Shown: piece after piece, positions 28,801 through 41,458 of the stretch
Layout: the number at the start of each line of letters is the position of its first letter
Numbering within the stretch: the first letter of the stretch is position 1
Origin: Candidatus Eiseniibacteriota bacterium
Lineage (GTDB): Bacteria; Eisenbacteria; RBG-16-71-46
Direction: 5' to 3'
Length of the DNA stretch: 64,000 bases
Assembly: GCA_044223005.1 (NCBI GenBank)
Contig: JBGAML010000004.1
Location: forward strand, 64,001-128,000
The notes under the pieces: generated by a model
What the model was told of the DNA's origin: nothing
The model's input: the letters and a program-made list of their open reading frames with translations, nothing else
Databases searched by the model: none
Program-made: the position numbers and the translations under genes

Positions 28801-30842
28801 CACCGGCCCCAGAGCAGCAGCGCCACGAGCGTGGCGAGCAGGTACGCGAGGTAGAGGTGCAGGCTGCCGGCCTGGAGCGCGCGGACCCGCTCCGACATCC
28901 ACAGCACGCCCTGGACGAACGGCGGGTAGAGCCACTGCTCGAACGCGTTCACGGAGCCGGCGCGGTAGCGGACCTTGCGCGCGAAGTAGGGGGAGCCCTC
29001 CTCGAGCACCTCGCGTTCGCGCCGCGCACCGAGCACGGGCTCGAACACGAGCCGCAGCGGCTTGGTGAATCCGAGCGCCGAGTACTGCATGCGCGGATCG
29101 AGCGGCGCGCCGCACGACCACGACGGTCCGCGGCGGATCGTACCGGTGCCGCGCCGCGCGACGCGCATCCACACCGCGACGAGCAGCGTCAGCACGCCGA
29201 GCAGCAGCGCGACGGCCGCGGGCGAGATGCTCGCCGGAGCGAGCCGCGCGGGCGCGAGCACGAAGCCGGCGTCGCGCGCGAGCCCCGCGGCGTCGAAGCC
29301 GGGCAGCAGCACGCCGAGCGGGCCGCCCATCGCCGCGGCGAGCCACGGGGCGGCGAGGCCCCAGAGGAACGGCAGCGCCGCGAGTGCGGCGATCAGCCGC
29401 CCGAGGCCCGCGGGCGCGTCGTGCGCCGCGGCGGCCGTGGCGCTGCGCGGCCGGCCGAGGAAGCCGATGCCGTAGAGCTTCACCATCGCCGCCACGGCCA
29501 GCGCGCTCGCGAGCGCGAGTGCCGCGCCCGCGAACGGCACCAGCAGCCGCAGCTGGCCGGTGCCGGCGGAGTAGCCGAGGATCATCGCCTGGAACGTGAG
29601 CCACTCGCCCGCGAAGCACGAGAAGGGCGGCAGGCCGCAGAGCGCGAGCGTCGAGACGAGCGCCGCGAACGACACCCGCGGCATCCGCTTCGCCAGCCCG
29701 CCCAGCGCCTCGAGGTTGCGCGTGCCCGCGGCGTGCGCGGCTTCGCCCACCGCGAGGAACGCGAGCGATTTGGCGAGCCCGTGGCCGAGCGCGTGGTAGA
29801 GCGCGGCCGCGAGCGCGACGCCGGCGATCGCCGGTTGGCCGTTCGCGGCCAGCGTGGCGGCGAGTCCCGTCGCGAGCGCGAGCACGCCCGCGTGCTTGAG
29901 CGTGGAGTAGGCGAGCAGCCGCTTCGCGTCGGCTTCGATCGCGGCGTAGAGCGCGCCCGCCAGCGCCGACGCGACACCGAGGCCCATCAGCACGTGGCCC
30001 CAGCCCGGCGGTGGCGCGCCCGGCAGCTGCCACGCGAACCGCAGCAGGCCGTAGAGCCCCGCCTTCACCATCGCGCCCGAGAGCAGCGCTGACACCGGCG
30101 CGGGCGCCTCGGGGTGCGCCTGCGGCAGCCAGACGTGCGCGGGCACGAGCCCGAGCTTGACCGCGAAGCCGGCGGTGAAGAGCCACGCCATCGCCGCCGA
30201 TTCGGCGGGCGGCTGCGTGGCCCACGTGGTGGCCAGCGCGGCGAAATCGAACGAGTGCGCGCGCGAGGCCAGCGTGACGAGCGGCAGCGCCACGCACGCG
30301 GCGCCCAGCTGCGAGAGCGCGAGGTAGACCCATGCGGCGCCGCGGGCGCGGGCGGAGCCGAGGTCGCTCGCGACCAGCGCGGCGGACGCCAGCGTCATGC
30401 CCTCCCACGCGACCAGGAAGAGCAGCGCGTGGTCGGTGGCGAAGACCGCGAGCAGCGCGAGCGCGAAGGCCGCGTGCAGCGCGAGCCGGGCCCGGGCGCC
30501 GGCCGCGGAGCCGGTGGGCGCGTGCGCGGCGAACGACGCGGCGCCGACGAGGCCGAACAGCAGCAGGAACGGCGCGGCGAGCACGTCGGGCGCGAGCGTG
30601 AACGGTTCGCCGGGAACGCCCGGCCACCACGCGAGGGGTTCGGGCCGTCCGCCCGCGAGCATCAGGCCGCCGAGCGCGGCCGCGGCGACGCACGCCAGCG
30701 TCGCGAGCGCGCGCGGCACGGCGTGGCCGAGGCGTGCGAAACGGTCCGGAAGCGCCCCTGCGGCGGCCGCCGCGAGCAGCGCTGCCGAGAGTCCCCATAC
30801 CGCGCCGTCGAGCAGCGCGCCGAGGAAGCCCGCGGGCACCAT
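28800..30842 (-). CDS. hyfB: Antiporter-like subunit HyfB/HycC
   Basis: LVAWEGM, KLGLVPAHVWLPQAHPEAPAPVSALLSG, KRLLAYST, GLPPFSCFAGEW, WSCG, MQYS. Confidence 0.9.
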   Translation of the reverse strand: MVPAGFLGALLDGAVWGLSAALLAAAAAGALPDRFARLGHAVPRALATLACVAAAALGGLMLAGGRPEPLAWWPGVPGEPFTLAPDVLAAPFLLLFGLVGAASFAAHAPTGSAAGARARLALHAAFALALLAVFATDHALLFLVAWEGMTLASAALVASDLGSARARGAAWVYLALSQLGAACVALPLVTLASRAHSFDFAALATTWATQPPAESAAMAWLFTAGFAVKLGLVPAHVWLPQAHPEAPAPVSALLSGAMVKAGLYGLLRFAWQLPGAPPPGWGHVLMGLGVASALAGALYAAIEADAKRLLAYSTLKHAGVLALATGLAATLAANGQPAIAGVALAAALYHALGHGLAKSLAFLAVGEAAHAAGTRNLEALGGLAKRMPRVSFAALVSTLALCGLPPFSCFAGEWLTFQAMILGYSAGTGQLRLLVPFAGAALALASALAVAAMVKLYGIGFLGRPRSATAAAAHDAPAGLGRLIAALAALPFLWGLAAPWLAAAMGGPLGVLLPGFDAAGLARDAGFVLAPARLAPASISPAAVALLLGVLTLLVAVWMRVARRGTGTIRRGPSWSCGAPLDPRMQYSALGFTKPLRLVFEPVLGARREREVLEEGSPYFARKVRYRAGSVNAFEQWLYPPFVQGVLWMSERVRALQAGSLHLYLAYLLATLVALLLWGR

Positions 30843-30968
30843 GAACCGTCCGTGGTCGAAGGTCGTACGGGATCCGTGGCCCGGAGGTCGGGCCGGGCCG
30901 GGATCGTGAACGCGCGTGGAAGAGGCCATCGGCATTGGAGCACAGCACCCGGGGCCCCACAAGCCACG

Positions 30969-32187
30969 CGTTGTGCTCGGAAGATTGCGGGTGACGCTGG
31001 AAGGCAACCGCGCCAGCCGGGCCTCGAATCGTTTTCCCGCTTGCCGCTACATCGCGTACTTCCGGAGCGCCCGATCCCCGTTCGGGATCTCGCGCGTCTC
31101 GATCTCGCGCCCGTAGTACTGCCTCCACCGCTCCGGCACCGCGAGCCGCGCCGGGAACAGTCGCCCGTGCAGCATCGCGCGCACCGTCTGCGGCCGGTCC
31201 ATCAGCTGCAGCCGCATCGCGGGGGTCTCCGTATGGGCGCGCTCGCTGAAGTACTTGCCGTAGTTCCGCCACACCAGGAACCACCACAGCCGCTCCACCG
31301 CCGCCTGCCGACGCTTCGAGAACGCGATCGTCTCGCGCCGGTGGTTCGCACCGCAGTGCCGGATCAGCAGGTCGAGCAGGTTCACCTCGAAGAGCGGGTT
31401 GCGCGGCGTCCGCGCCGCCCGTGAGCTGATCGTGTGGTGCTCGATCGCGTGCTTCGGCAGGTGCCGGATCGCGCGCGGGTAGTCGGCGTGCTCGTCGGTG
31501 TAGATCTCGAGCGCCTGCGGCTGCGGCAGCGTGATCTGGAGAAGCTTGGCCACCTCACGCTCGATGCTGCGCGGGTCCGGGCGGCCGTGCTTCTCCTCCA
31601 GCTCCGCCCGGCGCCGCTTCTGGCGCTTCGTCATCCGCCCGCTGCGGCGCAGCTCCGACTCCGTGAACGCGTAGAAGAAGTGGCTCTCCCGCCCCGCCAG
31701 CAGGTGATAGAGCGTCGGATGGTACTGGCTGTACTCGAAGCTCTGGAACGAATCCAGCGCCAGCGGCTCGCGGATCGGGCCCTTGGGTCCGTGCGCCACG
31801 TGGTAGAGCAGCGCGTGCCGGCCGAGCCGGAGCGCGAGGTTCATGATCGACTGCGGCGAGGCCTTGAACTCGCGTGCGATCTGGCGCAGGGCCGAGCCCC
31901 CGAGCAGCCGGTGCGCGACGGGGATCAGCCGCTTGGGATAGCGGAGCCAGTAGGTGGTGGCGAAGGTCTGGGTGGAGAAGTTGCGCCCACAGTGGTCACA
32001 GCGGAAACGGGCGATGCGGCGGGGGCGGGCCTGGCGGGTGTAGTAGCCGGCGTGGGACCAGCGCCACAAGGCACGCTCGGCCTTGTGGTAGCGACAGCTC
32101 GGGTTGGGGCAGAACGGCGGGATGAAGGTCGTCATGCCGGAGGATCACTGCACCTCCCGCGCCAACTGCATTCATCCGAGCACAACG
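30969..32187. mobile_element. Insertion sequence (IS1/IS1595-like) bounded by 25-bp imperfect terminal inverted repeats
   Basis: Left end CGTTGTGCTCGGAAGATTGCGGGTG (30969-30993) versus reverse complement of the right end CGTTGTGCTCGGATGAATGCAGTTG (32163-32187): 21/25 identical. Encloses a single transposase ORF; no target duplication seen. Confidence 0.8.
31047..32135 (-). CDS. Transposase with Zn ribbon, HTH and DDE-like core
   Basis: CPNPSC...RFRCDHCGRNFS Zn ribbon; ALRQIAREF HTH; LALDSF, IYTDEHADY and HRRETIAFSK segments; flanked by TIRs. Confidence 0.8.
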   Translation of the reverse strand: MTTFIPPFCPNPSCRYHKAERALWRWSHAGYYTRQARPRRIARFRCDHCGRNFSTQTFATTYWLRYPKRLIPVAHRLLGGSALRQIAREFKASPQSIMNLALRLGRHALLYHVAHGPKGPIREPLALDSFQSFEYSQYHPTLYHLLAGRESHFFYAFTESELRRSGRMTKRQKRRRAELEEKHGRPDPRSIEREVAKLLQITLPQPQALEIYTDEHADYPRAIRHLPKHAIEHHTISSRAARTPRNPLFEVNLLDLLIRHCGANHRRETIAFSKRRQAAVERLWWFLVWRNYGKYFSERAHTETPAMRLQLMDRPQTVRAMLHGRLFPARLAVPERWRQYYGREIETREIPNGDRALRKYAM

Positions 32188-32304
32188 GGCGCTCTGGACG
32201 GGACCGCGTCCGGCTTGGAATACTCCCCCGCATTCGCCCCTCGCCGTCGCGCCGCGCCCGCAGCGCCGGCGCACGCCGCGCTGCGGTCCGCCCCGAGGCG
32301 CTCC

Positions 32305-35247
<2,943 letters not shown>

Positions 35248-35278
35248 GTTTCACCCGAGAATGCCGCGCGGCGCCGGT

Positions 35279-35854
35279 TCAGCGCAGGTCGCGCATGCTC
35301 TTCGAGAGCCGCTCGAGCGCGCGCACGACGAACAGCCGCGCCGCGTTGGGCGTGGGCTTGCCCAGCTCGCGGGCGATGTCCTCGAACGGCAGGCCGTGCT
35401 CGACGCGCAGCACCACCGCGCGCCGCTGCGGCTCGGGCAGCTCCGCGAGCGCCCGCTCGTAGCGCTCCTGGACCTCGCGGCTCATCGCCAGTTCGGCGGG
35501 CGAGGGGCCGGGATCGACCATGTCCTCGTCCACCTCGTGGCGCGCGGGCCGGCGCTTGGCGCTCCGCAGTTCGTCGAGCACGCGATTGAAGAGGATGCGG
35601 CGCAGGTAGGCGAGGAAGGCGTCCTCGTGCCGTGGCTCGAACTCCTGCAGGTGGTCGAGTGCCTTGAGCATGGCCGACTGGACGAGGTCCTCGGTGTCGC
35701 GATAGGCGCGCGCGCCCAACGGCAGCCGCCCGTGCGCCCAGCGTCGCAGCCGCGGCAGCACGGACGCGAAGAGCTGCGAGCGCGCGGCTTCGTCGCCCGC
35801 GCGCGCACGCGCGAGGAGCTGTTCGGTGGTCTCGGGTTCGTCGGGGCCGCTCAC
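35279..35854 (-). CDS. ECF sigma-70 factor
   Basis: LLARARAGDEAA, EDLVQ, AYLRRILFNRVLDELR; region 4 ALAELPEPQRRAVVLR...FEDIARELG. Confidence 0.9.
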   Translation of the reverse strand: MSGPDEPETTEQLLARARAGDEAARSQLFASVLPRLRRWAHGRLPLGARAYRDTEDLVQSAMLKALDHLQEFEPRHEDAFLAYLRRILFNRVLDELRSAKRRPARHEVDEDMVDPGPSPAELAMSREVQERYERALAELPEPQRRAVVLRVEHGLPFEDIARELGKPTPNAARLFVVRALERLSKSMRDLR

Positions 35855-36093
35855 GCGGAAATCCTTGCAGGGGGACGAGGCTCGACGTGGGGAACGTCGC
35901 CGGCTCAAGCGTTCCATGCCCCGGGAGCGCGGTCAATGGCTTCGATCGCCGCGCCGGGCGGCAGCGGGCGTGCCTCGCCGGGTTCCGTGCCCTAGATTGT
36001 GCCGACGAGGCTCCGCGACGCCCGGACCGGGCGAGCGGAGATCCACCCGACGATCGATCGCGGCGGCCGACGCCCCGCGCGAAGGAGAGGACG

Positions 36094-36870
36094 ATGGCGG
36101 AGACGCAGCGGTTCAGGGGCAGGACGGTGCTGGTGACGGGGGCGAGCAGCGGGATCGGGCGGGCGTGCGCGAAGGCGCTGGGCGCCGAGGGCGCGAACGT
36201 CGTGCTGGCGGGGCGCCGCCGCGACCGGCTCGAGGACGTCGCGAAGGCGATCGGCGATCCGGCCCGCACCCGCGTCGTGACGGGCGACACGCGCGAGGAG
36301 GCCGCGTGCGCGGCGTTCGTGCAGGCGGCGACCGACGGCTTCGGCGGGCTCGATGGGCTCGTGAACGCGGCGGGCGTGCTGGGCAACGGTGGCGTGGCGG
36401 ACACTCCGACCGCGGAGTGGCGCCGCGTCATGGACACCAACCTCGACGCGCTCTTCTTCATGACGCGCGCCGCCGCCGAGGCGCTCAAGGCGCGCCGGGG
36501 CGCGATCGTCAACGTGTCGTCGGTCGCGGGCGGCGTGCGCCCGTACGCGAACCTGGCGTCCTACTGCGTGAGCAAGGCCGCGGTGGACATGCTGACGCGC
36601 TGCTCCGCGCTCGACTTCGCGCCCTTCGGCGTGCGCGTCAACGCGATCAGCCCGGGCGTGGTGGTGACCGAGCTGCACACGGTGACGCAGGCGGTCGCCG
36701 ACTACCCGGCGTTTCTCGAGCGCGGCAAGGTGACGCACCCGATCGGCCGCGTCGGCACCGCCGACGAGGTCGCGGCGCTCGTGCTCTACCTGCTCGGGCC
36801 CGACGCCGGCTGGATCACCGGCGCCAACGTCTCGATCGACGGCGGCCGGGCGCTCGCCAGCGCCCGTTGA
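36094..36870 (+). CDS. Short-chain dehydrogenase/reductase
   Basis: TGASSGIG, VNAAG, YCVSK, RVNAISPG; AAGGAGAGG RBS. Confidence 0.93.
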   Translation: MAETQRFRGRTVLVTGASSGIGRACAKALGAEGANVVLAGRRRDRLEDVAKAIGDPARTRVVTGDTREEAACAAFVQAATDGFGGLDGLVNAAGVLGNGGVADTPTAEWRRVMDTNLDALFFMTRAAAEALKARRGAIVNVSSVAGGVRPYANLASYCVSKAAVDMLTRCSALDFAPFGVRVNAISPGVVVTELHTVTQAVADYPAFLERGKVTHPIGRVGTADEVAALVLYLLGPDAGWITGANVSIDGGRALASAR

Positions 36871-37024
36871 CCGCGCCCCGGGGAGCACGCCGGCCCAGGT
36901 CCGCGCGCTCCCCGGGTGGCCGGAAAGGCGCCGCAGGCGCCGTCCCCACCGGCATTTGAGGCGCAGGGGGCCCGCAAACCCGGCCTAAGCCCGGGCGGCC
37001 GAAAGGCCGATAACCCGGGCGATC

Positions 37025-37852
37025 ATGGCTACATCCCTGCTCGTCCCGGTCAGCCCCGCCGCGATGCTGGCGGCGGTGGCGTGCGTCGTCGCCGGCGGAC
37101 CCTGGTTCGCCGACGGCCTGCGCTCGTGGCGTGCGCGCCGCTGGCTGCTCGCCCTGCCCGCGGAGCCCGCCACCGCGCTCGCCGCCGGCGCGGGCGCCGC
37201 GCGTGGCGCCGTCGTGCTCGAGAGCCCGCTCTTCACGCCGCTCTCGGCGCGGCCGTGCGCGGGCTTCGAGCTCGAGCTGATCGGCGACGATCACGCCGTG
37301 GCCGGCCGCGTGCGCGAGTCGCGCGCCTTCCGGCTCGCCACCGAGTCCGGCCTCGCGCTCGTCGCCGACGAGCACGCGCGCTGGGAACTGGCGGTGACCG
37401 CCGAGCGCGCCTATGACAGCGCCGCGGACCTGAGCGAGAACCTGCGCGCGCTCTTTGCCCGCGCGCCCGAGACCCGCTGGCAGCTCTCGCGGCCCGGCCG
37501 CGTGCTCGTGCGCGAGCGCGCGCTGTTCGCCGGCCACGAGGCCTGCGTGATCGGCGAGGTGCAGCGACTGGAGGACGCCGATGCCGGCGCCGCGGACGTC
37601 GAGCGGCTGCGCACCGGCACGGACGGCGCGTGGACGGTCGCGGCCGCGCCCACGGAACACGAACCCGCGTGGCGCATCGAGCCGGCGGAAGCGCTCGAGC
37701 GCTGCATCGTGTGCGACGCGCCCCGCGAGCCGCGCAGCTTCGCGCCGCCCGCGTGGCGCGCCGGCGGCGCGCTGCTCGGGCCGGCGCTCTCGCTGGCCGG
37801 GCTGCTCGTGCTCGTGCACGCGGTCGGTCGTTCCGCGGAGGGGAGGTACTGA
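37025..37852 (+). CDS. Membrane-anchored GIDE-like protein (divergent paralog of the next gene)
   Basis: N- and C-terminal TM helices; PLSARPC and VRERAL segments parallel PFSGKPC and FRERVL of the downstream gene. Confidence 0.6.
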   Translation: MATSLLVPVSPAAMLAAVACVVAGGPWFADGLRSWRARRWLLALPAEPATALAAGAGAARGAVVLESPLFTPLSARPCAGFELELIGDDHAVAGRVRESRAFRLATESGLALVADEHARWELAVTAERAYDSAADLSENLRALFARAPETRWQLSRPGRVLVRERALFAGHEACVIGEVQRLEDADAGAADVERLRTGTDGAWTVAAAPTEHEPAWRIEPAEALERCIVCDAPREPRSFAPPAWRAGGALLGPALSLAGLLVLVHAVGRSAEGRY

Positions 37853-38673
37853 TGGGCCACGGCCTGCTCGGTTCGCTCGTCTGCCTCGGCGCCACACTGG
37901 CGGGGCCGTTCATCTTCTTCGCCGGCTTCCGCGCCATGCGCATCCGCCAGCTCATCCAGAACACGCCGACCTCGCGCATCCGCTCGATGGCGATGGGTCT
38001 CGCCGAGGTCTCGGGCGGCGTGCTCGAGCGCAGCCGCGTCTCGGCGCCGTTCTCGGGCAAGCCGTGCGCGTACTGGGAGGTGGAGATCGCCACCCGGTCG
38101 AGCAACCGCAACGGCACGCGTTCCTGGTCGACCGTGCACCACAACCGCTCGTCGAGCCCGTTCTTCATCAAGGACGACACCGGCACGGCGCTCGTCTATC
38201 CGCACGGTGCCGACTGCCGGCTGCCGTTCGGCGTCGAGGAGACGACGCACGGCTTCGGCGTGCCCGATTGCTACATGCAGTACATGGAGCAGCACAAGCT
38301 CCACATGCGCGGCATGTGGGCGCTCGGGCCGATGCGATTCCGCGAGCGCGTGCTCGAGGACGGCCAGGTCGTCTATGTGCTGGGCCGCGTGTTCCCCCGC
38401 GCCCAGTCCGCGAACGTGTCGTGGGACGAGCCGCAGATGGAGGCCACCGGCACCGAGGGCATGGTCACGAGCCGCCTGCGCACGCTGGACGCGGACGTCC
38501 GCGGCGTGTTCCGCAAGGGCGAGCACGATCCGGTGTTCCTGATCAGCCCGCGCTCCGAGAAGACCATGACGCTCGAATACGGCCTGCAGGCCGCGGCCGG
38601 ACTCGTCCTGGGTCCGCTTGTGACGCTGTTCGGCCTGTGGTGCCTGCTGGAGATGCTGAAGTCCCGCACCTGA
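37852..38673 (+). CDS. GIDE domain membrane protein
   Basis: IQNTPTSRIRSMAMGLAEVSG, APFSGKPC, PFFIKDDTG, FRERVL, VFLIS; sits next to lemA. Confidence 0.75.
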   Translation: MGHGLLGSLVCLGATLAGPFIFFAGFRAMRIRQLIQNTPTSRIRSMAMGLAEVSGGVLERSRVSAPFSGKPCAYWEVEIATRSSNRNGTRSWSTVHHNRSSSPFFIKDDTGTALVYPHGADCRLPFGVEETTHGFGVPDCYMQYMEQHKLHMRGMWALGPMRFRERVLEDGQVVYVLGRVFPRAQSANVSWDEPQMEATGTEGMVTSRLRTLDADVRGVFRKGEHDPVFLISPRSEKTMTLEYGLQAAAGLVLGPLVTLFGLWCLLEMLKSRT

Positions 38674-38734
38674 TTCCGACGATGTTCACGCCGGTGGGAC
38701 GGCCGGCGGTTTCATTCCACGCGAGGAGGCGCTG

Positions 38735-39313
38735 ATGCACGCAGCAGAGATCCTGTGGACGGTGGTGATCGGGTTCCTACTGGTGGGCTCGGTCGGATTC
38801 TTCCTCTCGATCTACAACAGCCTGATCGAGATGAAGAACAACATCGGTCGCTCGTGGGCCAACATCGACGTGCTGCTCAAGCAGCGCCACGACGAGCTGC
38901 CGAAGCTCGTGAAGGTGTGCGAGGGCTACATGCAGCACGAGCGCGCGATCTTCGACAAGCTGAGCGAGGCGCGTGGCGCGCTCGCGGCGGCGCGTTCGGT
39001 GGCGCAGCGAGCGGAGGCCGAAGGCGGCCTGACGCGCGCGCTCGGCCAGTTCTTCGCGGTGGCCGAGAACTACCCGGACCTCAAGGCGAACGCATCGTTC
39101 CTGTCGCTGCAGCAGCGCATCAGTGAGCTGGAGAACTCGATCGCCGACCGGCGCGAGTTCTACAACGACACCGTGACGCTCTTCAACATCCGCATCCAGC
39201 AGATCCCGGACACCTGGGTCGCGAACGGCATGCACCTGCAGCCGGCGGAGCTCTTCAAGATCGAGGAGAGCGATCGCAAGGACGTCGAGATCCAGTTCAA
39301 GATGTCGGCCTGA
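38735..39313 (+). CDS. lemA: LemA family protein
   Basis: YNSLI...WANIDVLLKQRHDELPKLV, AVAENYPDLKAN, RREFYND. Confidence 0.95.
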   Translation: MHAAEILWTVVIGFLLVGSVGFFLSIYNSLIEMKNNIGRSWANIDVLLKQRHDELPKLVKVCEGYMQHERAIFDKLSEARGALAAARSVAQRAEAEGGLTRALGQFFAVAENYPDLKANASFLSLQQRISELENSIADRREFYNDTVTLFNIRIQQIPDTWVANGMHLQPAELFKIEESDRKDVEIQFKMSA

Positions 39314-39338
39314 TCGCGCCCGTCACCGTCGCCGTCCC

Positions 39339-39374
39339 CGCGAGCCTCCGTCGCCTCCGCGACGGAGGCTCGCG
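39339..39374. terminator. Perfect 16-bp hairpin after lemA
   Basis: CGCGAGCCTCCGTCGC-CTCC-GCGACGGAGGCTCGCG; no clear U-tract. Confidence 0.45.
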
Positions 39375-39468
39375 CACGTTCGGCGGGCTGCGCGGAACCT
39401 CTCGTTTGCCGCCGTCGCGTCCGCCGGTTAGCTTTGCCGGTCCCTCGCCTCCTCCCGACGGGCCCCCC

Positions 39469-40527
39469 ATGACCGCGGCTGCATCCCAACCGATCGAGAC
39501 GACCGACGGCACGCCTCACGCGCGCCGCGTGATCGTGCACGGCCTGGGACGAGCCGGTATCGCCTACGCGATGGCGATCGCGACGACGCCGGGCTTCGCG
39601 CTCGCGGGATTCGTCGAGCCACGCGGCGACCTGCGCGCGTTCGCGCGCGGCGCCGGCTTCGGCGTTCCCGCGGCGTCCACGCTGTCGCGCCTGCTCGCGA
39701 AGGTGCCGGCGGGTGCCGCCGTCGTGGCGGTCCCGCGCGAGGAACGCGTCGCGGCCGTCGAGGGCGCGCTCGACGCGAAGCTCGCGGTGCTCGTCGACGG
39801 CCTGCCCGCCGCGCACGGCGAAGGCGCGGCCCGCCTCGCGCCGCGGATCGAGTCCGCGTCCGCGCCCGTCGGCTGCGCGGTCGGCGCGCTCTTCCACCCG
39901 CTCTTCGCCCGCGCGTCTCGCGTGCTCGCCTCCGGCGTGCTCGGCCGCGCGCACGAGGTGCGGGCGTCGGCGTACGTGTCGCGCGTGTTCGCCGCGGGCG
40001 CGCCGCCGGTGCACGGCGACGTGCTCGACGCGACGGTGGCCGAGCTCCTGGTGCTGCTGGACGCGCTGTTCGGCCCGGTGCGGGCCGTATCCGCGAGCGG
40101 CAACCGGCTCTACGGCGAGCGGTTCGACGAACTCCACGGCCAGCTGGCGCTGGCCGACGGCACCGAGATCGTGGTCGACGGTTCGTGGAGCGTGCCCGGC
40201 TACCCGCGCACCGCCCTCGTCGTCGAGGTGCTCGGCGAGCGCGGCGCGCTGCTCGTGTCGGACGACGCGCTCGAGGCCGATCTCGCCGAGCCCTGCGACA
40301 TCTTCCCGGCCGGCCACACGCGCCGCGTGTTCGCCGAGGAGCCGGACCCGGTCGCATTCGAGGCGGGCGAGGCCGGGCCCGCGTTCGCGGCGTTCGCCCG
40401 CGCCCTCGCGGGCAGCGCGCTGCCCGACACGCTCGACGCGCGCGGCGCGCTGCGCACGGTGAGCGTCGTCGACGCGCTGCGCACGTCGGCCACGCGTGGC
40501 GGCGAGCGCTGCGAGGTGGCGCGATGA
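39469..40527 (+). CDS. Gfo/Idh/MocA-like oxidoreductase, degenerate
   Basis: HGLGRAG Rossmann motif and overall Gfo/Idh layout; the EKP motif is replaced by DGLP. Confidence 0.65.
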   Translation: MTAAASQPIETTDGTPHARRVIVHGLGRAGIAYAMAIATTPGFALAGFVEPRGDLRAFARGAGFGVPAASTLSRLLAKVPAGAAVVAVPREERVAAVEGALDAKLAVLVDGLPAAHGEGAARLAPRIESASAPVGCAVGALFHPLFARASRVLASGVLGRAHEVRASAYVSRVFAAGAPPVHGDVLDATVAELLVLLDALFGPVRAVSASGNRLYGERFDELHGQLALADGTEIVVDGSWSVPGYPRTALVVEVLGERGALLVSDDALEADLAEPCDIFPAGHTRRVFAEEPDPVAFEAGEAGPAFAAFARALAGSALPDTLDARGALRTVSVVDALRTSATRGGERCEVAR

Positions 40528-41405
40528 TCCGCCCGCGCGCGACGCTGCCCTCGCTGCTGCTCGGCGTGACGTCGCTCGAGCTGCCGGCGCGCGCCACGCG
40601 CGATCGCGCGCTCGAGGTGGCGGGCCGCTACCGTGAACCCGAATCGCTCGCCGTGACGCTGGTGAAGGCGCTCGACGTCGGCGCGGGCGCGGTCTACGGC
40701 GTGCCGTCGCCGCGGCTGCGCGCGGCGCTGCGCGAGCTGCGCCGCGCGGTGCCCGTGCTCGCGCGCCTGCCGCTCACGCCGCCCGCGGAGGACCTGCGCT
40801 ACGAGCACCCGCTGCTGCAGCCCGCCGCCGAGGCACCGTCGCGCCGCGCGCCGGGACCGTGGTCCGCGGCGGCGGCGATCACGCTGCTGCCCGCGATGCT
40901 CGCGGGCGACCTCGCGGCGCGCGTCGCGCGCCGCTGCGAGCACGACGCGCCCATGCTCGGCGCGCGCGTGTGGGCCGGCGTCACGATCGCCGCGCCGATC
41001 ACCGACCTCGCCCTCGCCGCGGGGCACGCGCGGTTCTTCGAGCGCATGCTGCGATTCGGGCGCGCGCGCTTCGGCGGGCTCGCCGGCTTCGAGACGGGCA
41101 ACCTCGGCGCGCTGCTGCAGGCGCTCGAGCGCTGGGGGATCGCGCCGGACTTCGCGATGGGCCCGGTCAACCCGCGCGGGCACGCGATGAAGCCCGATCC
41201 CGACACCGTGATCGCGGCGATCCAGCGGTCGAGCATTCCCGTCGTCGCCACCGAGCTGCGCGCGGGCGGCACCGTGGGGCTCGCCGAGGGCGCGGCGTGG
41301 GCGCGTGAGCAGGGCGTGCAGTCGCTGGCGCCCGATCTCGCCGAGATGGACGACGTCGCGGTGGAGCTGCGTGCTCTCGCGGGCGCGGCGAACGCCGGCG
41401 CCTGA
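40524..41405 (+). CDS. Hypothetical protein, possible aldo/keto reductase-like barrel
   Basis: ATGA overlap; LLLG, GFETGN, MGPVNPRG and IPVVATELRAGG resemble AKR-like C-terminal segments. Confidence 0.5.
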   Translation: MIRPRATLPSLLLGVTSLELPARATRDRALEVAGRYREPESLAVTLVKALDVGAGAVYGVPSPRLRAALRELRRAVPVLARLPLTPPAEDLRYEHPLLQPAAEAPSRRAPGPWSAAAAITLLPAMLAGDLAARVARRCEHDAPMLGARVWAGVTIAAPITDLALAAGHARFFERMLRFGRARFGGLAGFETGNLGALLQALERWGIAPDFAMGPVNPRGHAMKPDPDTVIAAIQRSSIPVVATELRAGGTVGLAEGAAWAREQGVQSLAPDLAEMDDVAVELRALAGAANAGA

Positions 41406-41458
41406 AACGCCGAAGAGCCCCGCGGGTGCGGGGCCCTTCGCGAGCGATCAGCGGTGCG

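Noticed and set aside
22902..30842. Respiratory complex I (nuo) operon
   Set aside because: It lacks nuoA, E, F, G, I and J, and has a HyfE-type subunit plus Ni-type CxxC motifs.
30915..30968. Fluoride riboswitch upstream of hyfB (minus strand GCCGATGGCCTCTTC resembles its 3' half; hyf-like operons are known targets)
   Set aside because: No matching 5' GGCGAUG...CGCC P1 element on either side of the IS; at best a remnant.
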